From assembly GCF_009914755.1 (NCBI RefSeq), contig NC_060929.1: 64,000 nucleotides of DNA; one strand, given 5' to 3'. The stretch is from the human T2T-CHM13v2.0 reference genome, Homo sapiens. Every line of letters begins with the position of its first letter. Position 1 is the first letter of the stretch. Below the pieces are notes generated by a model that had not been told where the DNA came from, searched no databases, and worked only from the letters and a program-made list of their open reading frames with translations. A program made the translations under genes and the position numbers. Positions 35,170 to 55,175 of this stretch are shown piece by piece.

Positions 35170-35367
35170 TCAAAAAAAAAAAAAAAAAAAAAAGGCTGGG
35201 CGCGGGGGCTCACGCTTGTAATTCCAGCACTTTGGGAGGCCAAGGCGGGCGGATCACGAGGTCAAGAGATAGAGACCGTCCTGGCCAACATGGTGAAACC
35301 CTGTCTCTACTAAAAATACAAAAATTAGCTGGGCGTCGTGGCATGTGCCTGTAGTCCCAGCCTCTCA

Positions 35368-35487
<120 letters not shown>

Positions 35488-36032
35488 TTAATTTCTATCC
35501 TCCCTCCATGGATTTCATTATCTATCTGGGTTAGAGCATTTAAAGCAATTCAAGCTGGGCCCAGTGACTCACATCTGTAATCCCAGGACTTTGGGAGGCC
35601 AAGGGGTGGGTGGGGGTGGGGCACTGATCACTTGAGGTCAGGAGTTCAAGACCAGCCTGGCCAACATGGTGAAGCCTCCATTTTTGTATTACTAAAATAC
35701 AAAAATTAGCCGGGCGTGGTGGTGGACGCCTGTAATCCCAGCTACTCGGGAGGCTGAGGCAGGAGAATCGCTTGAACCCAGGGAGGCAGAGGTTGCAGTA
35801 AGTCAAGATGGCACCACTGCACTCCATCCTTGGCAACAGAGCCAGACTCCATCTCAAAAATAAAAATAAATACATAAGTAAAATGCTTGGTATGTGCTAG
35901 ATACACAGTTTATTTACTCCTTACAATAGCTACTTTATGAGAAATGCTATTATTGTCTCCACGTTACAAATAAAAAAAATTAAGGTCCAATGAAGTTAAA
36001 AAAAACTTGTCAGAGTCACAACTGGTGAATGA

Positions 36033-36404
<372 letters not shown>

Positions 36405-36702
36405 TAAGATACAGCACCTTTCACATACAAATAAAAGCCTATACATAAGTGTAGTATACCATTTTCCTTCATTTCCTTATAGATACTTCTGATTATGATG
36501 GTTAAAATGAATAGCCTTCATTTTCACAACACTATTTAGATGTGGAAAACTTAGAAACTGTTCAAGGTAAGGAACTAGGCCTCAAAGCCCACTTATACCC
36601 AGTATGAAAGGTTTTGTACTCTGCAGAGTCTGCACAGGATAAAATCTCTATGACCAGTGCTAAAAGGCTTTTGTGTGGGGTTCATTTAACAACAGAACTT
36701 AC

Positions 36703-36748
36703 ATCCCAGCTAAATGCACTTCCTGAAGTCCTGAAGAATCCAGGTGAC
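36703..36748 (-). CDS. CDC25C: CDC25C exon 4 (46 nt)
   Basis: (G)HLDSSGLQEVHLAG(M); ttgcag acceptor, GTAAGT donor. Confidence 0.95.
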
Positions 36749-37118
36749 CTGCAATCAAATATAAAGAATCAGTAAAAGGAGTTATTCTTGTCCATGCATC
36801 CTGTTTTTCCTTCAGATTTTCTTCATTACCAGTAAGCCGTATTAATTTCAAGGACTGAGCTTTTGAATACAAAGCCTCTCGATTGGTACCCATTTCATGG
36901 TACAAGGTACAATTTCACAGAAACGTAAGAATTTATATGTGTCACTAAAAGAAATCAAGTGTTGGGAAACACTACACTATGCTACCTATGGAGTTTTTTT
37001 TTTTCTTATGGGTAGAAAAGAAAGGTTATCACTCAGAAAATCTGAAATTAGAATTCTGGAAGGTTAACTTATGAAACATTCCTTTTGGAATATTTCATAT
37101 AAAACATATAAAAATTAG

Positions 37119-37402
<284 letters not shown>

Positions 37403-37771
37403 TGAGCCACTGCACCTGGCCAACAACATATTTCTTTATGCTGGTTTCTTTGCCTCTGCTGAGATTAGACTGAGGCACAAAACTTCTCATATCCTAATGA
37501 CTATACTTTCATTCCCACCATTAATCAGTCAACAAAATATATTCCTACTTGTCTAACATTTTCATATGCAAAGTAGCTCCTATTAGTGTTATTATCTTTC
37601 TCTTCCCATTGGCTTAATCATTCTCAAAAATCCTCTAGTTACCCACAAAATTCCATCTCTCTAGGCAGATTCTTTTTATACTTTCACCACCTTCCGTCTC
37701 TATCCTCCTTCCCTGTTTTCTCCCTTAAAAGTTATTCTTCCCTTTGAGGCCTTTATCTCCCTTCTCCCTAC

Positions 37772-38262
<491 letters not shown>

Positions 38263-38751
38263 TGAAACACCCCTTAATGACTATCAGATCATCTGAACAG
38301 TGTCCAAATAAATCTAATTGCTTTTGGGAAATATATCAGACTGGGCTGAGAAAAATCTCCCACTACCATAATCTGTACTTTATTTTCTCCTTACCAACAT
38401 ACTGAAACAGATAATTTTTTTTTTTTTAAATGAGGCCCAGAGTTTATTGGCCGAGGGGGATCTTGACTCCACATTCCCGGTCCTGAGCACTATGAACACA
38501 GGCTTGATTTCTCCCTGGGGTCCCTAGTTTTTCTCAGGTACTACTTCTCTTTGCTAGTTGAGACATGGTATGATCAGAATTCAAAGTACAACTGCAATAA
38601 CACTAATATTAATACTAATAAAGTGACCGACTCGTAATGCAGCGGTTTTCAAAGACTTTTCCCAGTTATCACATCATTTGATTCTCACAAGATCCTAGTA
38701 AGATAGGAAGCGATTATTATTTCTTTGTCTTTTCTTTTCTTTTTGAGATAG

Positions 38752-39106
<355 letters not shown>

Positions 39107-39205
39107 TGACCTTTGAGCCGGGATAATTGAAAACAAACCAACAAACAAACCCAACTGTTTGGAAATAGCAAAGGCAATACAGTGTAAAAATAAAAGTATA
39201 TTTAC

Positions 39206-39399
39206 CCAGACAAAATGCTTAGGTTTGCAGAATCACCAAGAAATTTGCCCACTGGAGTTCTAGGGACATCTGGACAGACGGTAAAGGAAGTGTCTCTCTC
39301 CAGGAGCAGGTTTAACATTTTCCTTTGATTAGACCTAAAACTGGGTCCTGAGCCAGAGCTTCCTTCCTCTCTTGTGGATGAGAAGAGTTCCGTAGACAT
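39206..39399 (-). CDS. CDC25C: CDC25C exon 2 coding part (M-phase inducer phosphatase 3; start codon, T48-P). The exon starts at 39437 or 39433
   Basis: [65 protein letters not shown] is the CDC25C N-terminus; accATG context; GTAAAT donor. Confidence 0.98.
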
Positions 39400-39813
39400 G
39401 GTCTTCGAATTCTCACCAGGAGAAAAACAAAACCTAGCTAGGAGGAAAACGTCATCTAAATCGGTACATCACAGTTCCCTCAGCTTTCCTAAACTCCTCC
39501 ACCCTTTCCAGCCAGGCGAATCAACACTGGAAGAGGGGCAACCCCGAAGGGTGATTCACAGCCTGGCTTAAGGTTAGAACCTGAATTCACCGACGAGAGG
39601 CAACCTTAGGACCTTAAAGATGGAATGAAGAGAGGATTTTGACTTGTTCCACGCCACACAGCTCGAGACTCCTGACTAGAAAGAACCCGGGTCTCGTAAC
39701 TCGCGATAGTCCCCATTCGGCCCTCCCAACCTCTGTCTGTGGGGGCCCGACTGGACCCTAAGGGGGACAATGGGGTCTCCGTGATTCCGTGGCGGAGACG
39801 GCTGCGGACTTAC

Positions 39814-40045
39814 CTCAAGCCTGGAGTCTGAGGCTTGCCTACAAGAGGAGAGAAAGTAGATAGGGATCGGACACAGGCGAAGACTTGAGCAGAATGAAAG
39901 GAAATCTAGGGGAAAGGAGGTAGTTAACTAGATTGCAGCTCTGCCTTCCGACTGGGTAGGCCAACGTCGGACTCAGAGTCTTCCCTGAGCAGAAGGCCAA
40001 AGTTACGGCCTCTGAGCAAGAATATCAACAGCCGCAGGCGTCGAC
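39814..40045 (-). other. CDC25C: CDC25C non-coding exon 1 (5'UTR, no upstream ATG); TSS approximate
   Basis: Consensus donor GAG|GTAAGT at 39814/39813; begins just downstream of the CHR. Confidence 0.85.
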
Positions 40046-40047
40046 CA

Positions 40048-40062
40048 TTCAAACCTTCCGCC
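40048..40062 (-). promoter_or_regulatory. CDE/CHR tandem element (DREAM/MuvB site) of CDC25C
   Basis: Minus strand GGCGG-aagg-TTTGAA, canonical 4-nt spacer. Confidence 0.93.
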
Positions 40063-40072
40063 AGCCCAGTAA

Positions 40073-40141
40073 CCTATCCCCGCTCGCCTCTAAGCTGCGT
40101 CAGCCAATCTCCGCGCGCGCGCCCAGGGCCTCATGGCCTAT
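40073..40141. promoter_or_regulatory. Three phased CCAAT/Y-boxes (NF-Y)
   Basis: CCTAT 40073, CCAAT 40104, CCTAT 40137; spacing 31 and 33 bp, as typical of G2/M promoters. Confidence 0.75.
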
Positions 40142-40170
40142 CGTTGGGCTCGCAGATCACCTGGGGGCGT

Positions 40171-40207
40171 GTGCTTGCTCTGGAAATGGTAAGACTTGCC
40201 CCGCCCC
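40171..40207 (-). promoter_or_regulatory. p53 response element with adjacent GC box
   Basis: Half-sites GGGCAAGTCT (40201-40192) and GAGCAAGCAC (40180-40171), 11-bp spacer; CCGCCCC at 40201-40207. Confidence 0.8.
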
Positions 40208-40802
40208 ATAGCCAGAGCAGGATAGTGTTTGGCCCACCAGCGTTAGGCAGGCTGCGGGGTAAGCTCCGCCTCACGGGGAGCCTGGCGCATCATTGGCTCT
40301 CCCTCTCACCAATCTCCACACCCTTTCTGTTTTCCTCGTTCCCTCAGCCCCACGAACCCCGGGAGATTTAAACCGCGCCTTACTAGTGATGTCCATTCAC
40401 TAGGGTAATACTAGGAGAGATTATTTTGGGTGGAGGGTGTTGTAAGCGTTTCATTTTCTTCGCTTCTTTCTCGTGCCGTTTTCGCGGACGTTTTCTTCTA
40501 AGTTTTGCTGGCCTTCCACGGGAGATGGAGCGTTTGCTGCCGGCGTGGCAAGTGTTGGGGCGAGACGGGTGTGTGTGTTTATGCTGAGAGGCATTAGCCC
40601 CTTCCAAGAGCTTTGTTTGGTGTTTCTTTTAGTGTGCAGCATCTCAGAGACTCTAGCTCACGTGGGTAAAAAGAAATTCCGTTGCAGGGAAAGTGGAGGA
40701 ATTAAATCATCTTGGTATAATCCTTATCGCAATCCAGAGGACCTCAAAGATTGGTTATTAATGAAAATTTGAACATTGACGAGGTGATATTTATAAATTA
40801 TT

Positions 40803-44917
<4,115 letters not shown>

Positions 44918-46172
44918 TGTAGCATGGTGTCTGGTACATAAGAGCAATTATTGGAAACCATGTGTCCCCTACTTCATGGCCCCTAACTCTGCTCCTTTTG
45001 CCAAGGGGAAATAAGCAGTGCAAGGTAAATCTTTCCACCCCTATTTTCTCAGTTAGTACTGTACCTCATTTTTCCTCTACTCTTTTTCAGTTTGTAGACT
45101 TGGTGGCTCCTGCCTCCTCCCCTCCCTGGCTCAGTGAGGACGACCCCCGCCACTGGCTCTACTTTCCAGCTGATCACAGCTATTTACCTGTCCCAGTCTT
45201 GAGTAAGGCACAAAATATTTACAGAAAACAGATGTCTTTCAGAGGACTTGCTGCTAAGTGTAATAGTGAAGATTACTTGCATTACTGCTACTTTCCAATC
45301 AATTAAAAAAAAGAAATAGAAAACTTTGTATTACAAAGAGATCACAACACGAACGCATTGTTTAAAGCCTCTCCTTTATCCACTTTTTTGCTTGTCTCCC
45401 TAAACCATCTGTGATGCTAGCTGAGACTCGAATTTACATAAGAGCCAGAAACCATCAACCCAACCTCTTCACACACTAACGTCTACATTCAATCTCTTTA
45501 AAAAAGACTTAAATTTTGGCTCATGTGGGAGATGGTGGTAGTGGTGGAGACTTAATAAAAGGTGGTTTTGTCTTCCTGAAGTGGAAATATAGCGCCGTCA
45601 ACATCTTTTCCCCATCTGCCTGTTTCCTCCTTCCCTTTCTGTTTAAGGAAAGTCTAACCACCGCACTTCTCCCCACCTCCCCGCACCTCCCCCCCGGCAA
45701 ACGCAAGCAACTGAACCGCCTATGATGTCATAATCACAATCCCATTACCTCATCCTGCTGGGGGGGAGGGGGCGGAGAGAGAAGAGAGGGAGTGAACAGC
45801 CCTGGGCTATCCTGAGCTTTACAAAGTGTTCTGGGTGAGGGCAAATTACAGAACCAAGTGGAAACGTCCCCGCAACCATTATAAGTCCTGGGTTTTTAAG
45901 GTTCAGGCCGATCCGGCAGCTGCAAGAGGGGCTCCTGGGACTCCGAGCAGGCCCTAATCCGCGCTTGGACCACACTTCCCAGCAGCCTTCACGCCGCGGA
46001 CGGGTCCTTTGCTGGGGGAAGGGGGATTCCTTCGAAGAGGTGGTCGTGGAGGGCGGGGCAGCAGAGCAGGTGAGGGGCACTGTGGCTAATTGCGTGACGC
46101 GGCCCGAACCGAGTGGGAGGCTGCAGTTGGGCCGTTGGAGGGAGGGAGGGCAGGGGCGATGCCTTTGTTTAC

Positions 46173-46372
46173 CTTCTTCCGACATGGCCTCCCCCGCGGG
46201 TTTCAAGATGTGCCTCCAACTGGGGCCGTCCACTTTCTGCGATATTTTGGAGGGGGTGACTCGTTAGTGAGGAAACCACCCCCATCCCTAAATCAAAGCG
46301 CCAGGCTCGTTCCCAACAGCGCTGTCCGAGAGACACTTTGAGAGAGACACGACACGGAGCTGCGCCCTCCAT
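46173..46372 (-). CDS. CDC25C: Putative alternative coding first exon of CDC25C (N-terminally extended isoform)
   Basis: ATG 46372; 200 nt open to donor AAG|GTAAAC; joins exon 2 in frame at the 39433 acceptor (+78 aa). Splicing is inferred. Confidence 0.6.
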
Positions 46373-46479
46373 GGGTGGCTTGGGGGGATTCTGCGAGCCG
46401 GAGCTGTCCCCCTACTCTCCTCAGGGACTCGTTGGTTCGCGCCAGCGCCTTTTAAGGGCACCGTGGGGCGAACCGAGCG

Positions 46480-46524
46480 CTCAGAGCTGCTCCGGCCGCG
46501 GCCCTGGGAGCTGGAGGAACCGCG
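46480..46524 (+). other. FAM53C: FAM53C non-coding exon 1 (5' end uncertain)
   Basis: Donor GCG|GTAGGT at 46524/46525 inside the CpG island. Confidence 0.6.
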
Positions 46525-49167
46525 GTAGGTGGTGGAGGGCAGGTGGCGCTGGGGCCTCGGGGCGGGCACCTCAACCGTCCCTCCCTCCTTCCCTCTTTCC
46601 CCTCCCCCAGCCCGACCGCCCGCGCGGCCGGGCCTCGCTGGCCGCCTCTGCGGGGAGAGCACGGGACCCGGTGGGGGAGGGGGTGGCGGAGTGCTAAGTC
46701 CCAGACCCTCCCCATCCCCTGCGTCCTGAGTTCGCTTCCCGCGGCCAGATGATGGAACCTAGTGGGAAGAGGCGAACGACAGCCCCCCTGAGCGAGCCCT
46801 GGCGCACCTCCCCCCCGCCCCGGGGACCAGCGGACGCCCCATGCCCCACCCCGCGGGGACAGGCAGGGCAACAGAGGGAGAGGTTGAAGATTGGAGGGGC
46901 CTAGCCTTTTGCTTCTTCATGGGGGTGGGGGGAGGGGTGTTCCCCACTTGTCACCCCTTTCCCCACCAGAACCATATGGAAGAAGAGCAGGCAGATCTCC
47001 ACCTACCTGTTCATGCAGCTCCCTGCCTTCCTCATGTTTTTCTTCAGTCTCCCCAGGAGGTGTGGGGCTGGGACCTGAGGGGAAGGTCCCCAAAGGGTTT
47101 GTGACTCTCCTCCCTGTTGGCCTGACCTGATCCTACCTTGTCTTGGTACAGCACAACCTCAGCATCCCTGAAACAGGAGTGTCAGGGGTTACTGCCATCC
47201 AATAGGAGATGGGGTGGGGGTCTGATCTTTATTTTTGGGGGCTGCTGGTGGAGGGAAAGCCTGGACTGAGAGTTAGGTCTGGTGGGGTTGCTGAGAGGGC
47301 CTAGCGGCCTGCTGCTCTGTGAAGGGCTGAGCCCCGTGCCAGTTGTTAAACTGAGAAGTTTTAACTTGTTTAGTGAATATTCAGGGCTGTCTCTACCCTT
47401 CAGATACACAAAATGGAAGGGGAAGGAAGGCGGCAAGAGAGGGCTTCTTACACTTTTTTCAATGCCTGCTTGAGAAAGAGGAGGCCCCTCGCGGAGCTGG
47501 TTTGCCTTCTTTTGTGTCCTGGTTTGATTCCTTATGGCTTCCGTTCTGTTCCCCCTCGCAGCCTGGCCTGTTTTAGGAAACTCAGGCTGAGAGTATCAGT
47601 TGCGTGGTGGTAGTTGCATTGTTCCAATTACCACTGTGTGTGGCCACATCCCAACAATTAAAATGCAGAAAAACACAAATTCACTGTCTTGACTTGATCC
47701 TAGAGGTGGCTGGGAGTTTGCTGTTTGTCCAAATGCCTCATGAAAAGCTGGAGAGTTTGCTTCATTCCCTGCTCCTCATAGCTGGTTAGCCTGAGGCCTG
47801 GGGTCTCTAGGGTAAAATCCTGCACTTAGGTTCCCTCTCTGGTTGATCTTTGAGGGCAGCAGAGTTAAGAAACCAAGAGCAGAAGTGATATAAGCTTTAG
47901 CTTCTCCCGTAAGAATATAGGGGAAGCAGCTGAAGAGAGCTCCCCGGAAGCTAGAATTTTGTTCAGGGTGGTAATAATTATGCATGAAAATGATAGTTAA
48001 CTGTAATGATGATTGACTTCTCTTGCACCTTTCTTCCAGAGAACTCCAGGTACATCCAGGTTTATCTCTTTGCTCTTCCTTGTGCCCTCCTTCTAAGGTG
48101 TGAGTGGGGTAGAGATAATTCCTCTTTTTTGTAGAGTGATCTGCCCCCAAGGTCACAGAAGGAAGAGCCCTCTTGGGCTTTTCTTAGTGTGCAGGTGAGG
48201 GAGGATGGTATTCAGCCAGAGAGATGGACCCTATTGCCTTCTTCATCTTATTGATTTCATTACTTCTGACATTCTGAGGCCTTGAAGATTCACAAACGGG
48301 AACGAGAAATGGTAGTCTGTGTGGACTCCTGATTTTTATAGGTCAGATGGTACATTTTGTACATTTTAATATGTTATATTGTTCCTGTGACAGGTTAAGA
48401 TTATTCTGCCCACTTTACATATGGGTAAACTGAGGCCAAGGAGTATTAAATGATTTGTCAAAACTCTTAGCAAATTGGATTAATAATTAGATTTCTTGAT
48501 GATTTGTTCTCTTGACTAGCTAATGCTACACACATTCTCTGGTAAGCTGTCAGCTTGCTGCTCATTTCCGGGAATAGATAGAACAAAATCAAGACACTGG
48601 CTTAACCTCCCCTTTTCCCTTGAGCAAGGCCCCTCAGGTAATTGTGTGGGCTTGAAGCCTGTTATCTGATACAGTTAGTTTGCTTCTATCAGAAGTTGAC
48701 CACGAGAAAGAATCTTGGTTAACTGTATCCATGGACTTTGCATCAGATGAGGCTAAAAACTTAGTTGAACAGTCATGGAGTTGTTGTTTACGACGTCTGT
48801 AGAGTTGAAATGTATTGGAATTACCCTGACCATTTCTTTATCTTCCCATTTGATAAGAAAACAAACACTGTATCTATTGGAAAACAATAATATATCAGAT
48901 GTTTAGGCTGTGGGAGGACATAAAATCCTATGTACTCAGGTCTAAAGCAGAAAGTCTTGCCTACAACCACTGTTCTTCCTTGTTCTCTTATTACTATTTC
49001 TGTAGTTTAGGAGAAGGGTACCTCTTTTCACTTCTGACTGGAAGATAAAATACTGGGCTGATCTTGATGGAAATAATCATTTGGGCATCCCTCTCTCTCA
49101 CTTGAGCAGCTGTTTTCTAAGTGGTGCTGGTATTCCAGTTAGAAACAACAGAGCATGAACCAGTTTA

Positions 49168-49349
49168 AGGGTGGCAAATAAGTTTCAACTTGATTGCCAA
49201 CTCTATTTTATTTCATATCTGGACTGCCAAGTTCATAATTTCTGAAGCTGTGTTTAGGCTTAGCTGGAAAGAGCTGTGATCAATTGATGTCTGCCAGAGG
49301 CCTGGCTTAGGGGTGCTGTGGTATGTGTGCCATGCATTTTCCATCTCTG
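49168..49349. mobile_element. MER91-like hAT relic just upstream of the FAM53C exon 2 acceptor
   Basis: Termini gggtggcaaata.../...cattttccatctctg; internal gtgatcaattgatgtctgcca. Confidence 0.45.
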
Positions 49350-49479
49350 GACCAGGTGCATCTCTAATATCACTTGGGGCTGGTCCCTCTAATTGGCAGA
49401 CTCAGCAGGCATGACTGGAGAGGGAAGTCCCAATGGTGCTAGAATGGTGCTGCAGTGGCAGAAGACGGCTCACAAGTGA

Positions 49480-49722
<243 letters not shown>

Positions 49723-50024
49723 TGAATCATGGTACTTAACCTGGAAGAGCCCACTAATGGCTCAAAACCCAGCCCAAAAGGAAGGGGGCAGGGATTTTTC
49801 CACCGATAGAGAAGGGACAGCAAAACTTGGGTGGAGAAGGGTTTGAGATGTTGGAAGATGTGGATTGTTTGACTTACTAACTTTGGGAAGACAAGAGGAA
49901 GAACACTTAATGTCCCTAACATCCCTGTAGCTCATGAATCGCAGAGGAGAACTGAAGAGGGCTTCCTAGAAATCTGTCAGTGTGTCCTGAATCCAAATCA
50001 TGATGGATATTCTCTCTTTCTTAG

Positions 50025-50297
<273 letters not shown>

Positions 50298-50663
50298 TAA
50301 TTTTTTGAATAGGTAATACATTCACATGGTTCAAAATTTAAAAAATAACAACAAAAAGGTTATGCTGAGAAAAGTCTCTCTTACTCTCCCGTTCCCTATC
50401 TACCCAGCTTCTACCACCTCCCTAAAAGTATTAGTTTCTTATACAGTATATGTGACTAGAATTTCTTTATATAAAAAGAAGCAAATGTATATATTTATTT
50501 CCTTTCTTTTTTAAGTTCTCGGATACATGTGCAGAACGTGCAGGTTCGTTACATAGGTGTACATGTGCCATGGTGGTTAGCTGCATCTATTTTATTTCCA
50601 CGTTTTTAACACAAAAGGTTGCATACTATATATTATTTTGTACCTTTAAAAAAAAAAATGGGA

Positions 50664-51752
<1,089 letters not shown>

Positions 51753-52769
51753 AAACTGTAGTGAATAACCTTGTACATATGTCATTTTTTCACATGTGAA
51801 AATATATCTGAGGTATAAATTCGTAGATTATTAATTACTGAGTTAAAGGGCCCCTGATCGTAGGGACATTTAGATGGAGGCATCACTGGTGGACAATCAG
51901 AACTCCCTAACTCGTGCTGCTCAGCAGTTCTGCATCTCATTTTCTTTTCTGGGATACCTAGCAAGGGAAGTGAGTTGGCAAAAACATGTTCATTCAGTCT
52001 CTTCCTCCTGTTTATTAAAGACTTGCTGAAAGCCAGGTATTGTGTCATAAGTATAGAGCAGGAACTCATGGTCCCTGCCCTCATAGTGGTTAGTAGAGGG
52101 AAGAACTATAGACCAAATACACTCAGTATGAATTTTGCCACCATCAAGTCTGACTTCGTATACTTGTCATTTGCCCCAAATATCCAGCCCCTGCAGAATT
52201 CCAGCCAGCTAGCCAGAGGAGTTTGGATTAGGCCCTTTGTCCCTTAATGAGCCGTCTCCCAAAAGTCACAATTTTGGTTGGAATACAGTGAGTGAGGATT
52301 GTTTCTTTTAGTCCATTTTCCCTTCCTTCTCTTGGTCCCTCCATCTGTTTGGATTTAAGAGAAGGCCTAGGGGAAGGGAATCGGAATATGTGGGTGGCCA
52401 GACAGAAACGAAGATGAGCAGCACAAAGTCAGGGTTTCCCAAGCCCAGGTTTCACTGTCAAAGGCCTTCCCCACCCTGTTTGCCCTCCCTAGGAATAAAA
52501 GTGATCTCTTACCTGCCTGATTACCTCTTACTTCTTGGCAGTCCTAACTCCTGACTTGGTGCTGTTGACACATGAGAGGAGGAAAGGCCGAGAAAGAAGA
52601 GCATAGGCCTGCTTTTCAGCATCCAGGGCAAGCGTGGGGGAGGGGCGAGGGAGAGATGAGCAGGACACTCACAAACGTGTTTGTTTCTCTTGACTTCTTT
52701 TACCTTTGAGAGGGAGTGGCAGGCAGTAGATGAAATGTTTTTGATTCCAGGTAGTTGGTCACAATGGAG

Positions 52770-53010
52770 GCAATAGAGCATAGTGGTTTAAAAACCTAGC
52801 CTTCGCATCAGACAGACCTGGATTTGAATCCTCCTTTGGTCTTTTGAGTGCTATGTGATTTTGGGAAAGTTATTGAATTTCTCTTATCTGTGAAATGGGG
52901 ATAATGATAACGATACTACCTACCTCATAAGGTTTTTGGAAATTTTCACATAAAATGCTCCATACATTATGTGGCAAATGGTAAGTTCTTAAAAAATGTA
53001 AGCTATCATT
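52770..53010 (+). mobile_element. MIR immediately upstream of FAM53C exon 4
   Basis: cagacagacctggatttgaatcc...tctgtgaaatggggataatgata...ctacctcataagg. Confidence 0.75.
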
Positions 53011-53012
53011 AA

Positions 53013-53954
<942 letters not shown>

Positions 53955-53955
53955 T

Positions 53956-54069
53956 AGGGTGACCTACCATCCCAGTTTGCCTGGGACTGTCCCAGTGTTA
54001 GCACTGAAAGTCCCCCCATCCTGTGAAATGCCTTAATCCTGGGAGTTAGAGAAACTGGGGTGAGACCCA
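53956..54069. mobile_element. MER81-like hAT-Blackjack relic
   Basis: tagggtgacctaccatcccagtttgcctgggactgtccc...gcactgaaagtcc. Confidence 0.6.
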
Positions 54070-54560
54070 TGTTAAACCTTCCAACAGAGATCCCAAATTG
54101 TCCTGCAAGAGGTACTTTCCCTCCTTTCCAAGAATGCACAAGCTGCAAAAAATTCCATCAGTACCTACTCCTTGTGCCCAAAGCTGTTTTTGCCACTTGC
54201 CTGTCACTGCTTCAAAGTGGGTCTGTGAGGGCTGAAGCAAGATGGGCTGCTACAGTGTATTCATCTGTTAGACAAATGTTTTTTGACTTCCTGGTGTGAG
54301 TACAATTATTGTATGTATGCACTTTGCTCACTTTTTTCATATTATTCTTTCTAGACCACTAGGTTACAAACCTCTTTAAGAATTAATTAATTTTTTCATA
54401 CAGTCGTCCATCCCATCTGCAAACATTTACTGACTCTGACTAGGCACTGGCAGTACAAAGTAATGAAACACTGCAGATGATGTTCCTGCCCTCACGGAGC
54501 TTCTATTCTTCAATTCAATGGAAACAATGGGCTCCAAATTTTGTCAGAAAGTTTACAAAC

Positions 54561-54883
<323 letters not shown>

Positions 54884-54914
54884 TCAGGTGTAACTGTCTT
54901 CTTTGTTTGTTTGA

Positions 54915-55175
<261 letters not shown>

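Larger units (their letters stand above)
39640..40570. promoter_or_regulatory. CpG island / CDC25C promoter
   Basis: High CpG density relative to flanks; GC boxes. Confidence 0.8.
45900..46870. promoter_or_regulatory. CpG island / FAM53C promoter, probably bidirectional
   Basis: Dense CpG, GC boxes, CGTGACGC ~46093, TTTTAA at 46450-55. Confidence 0.85.
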
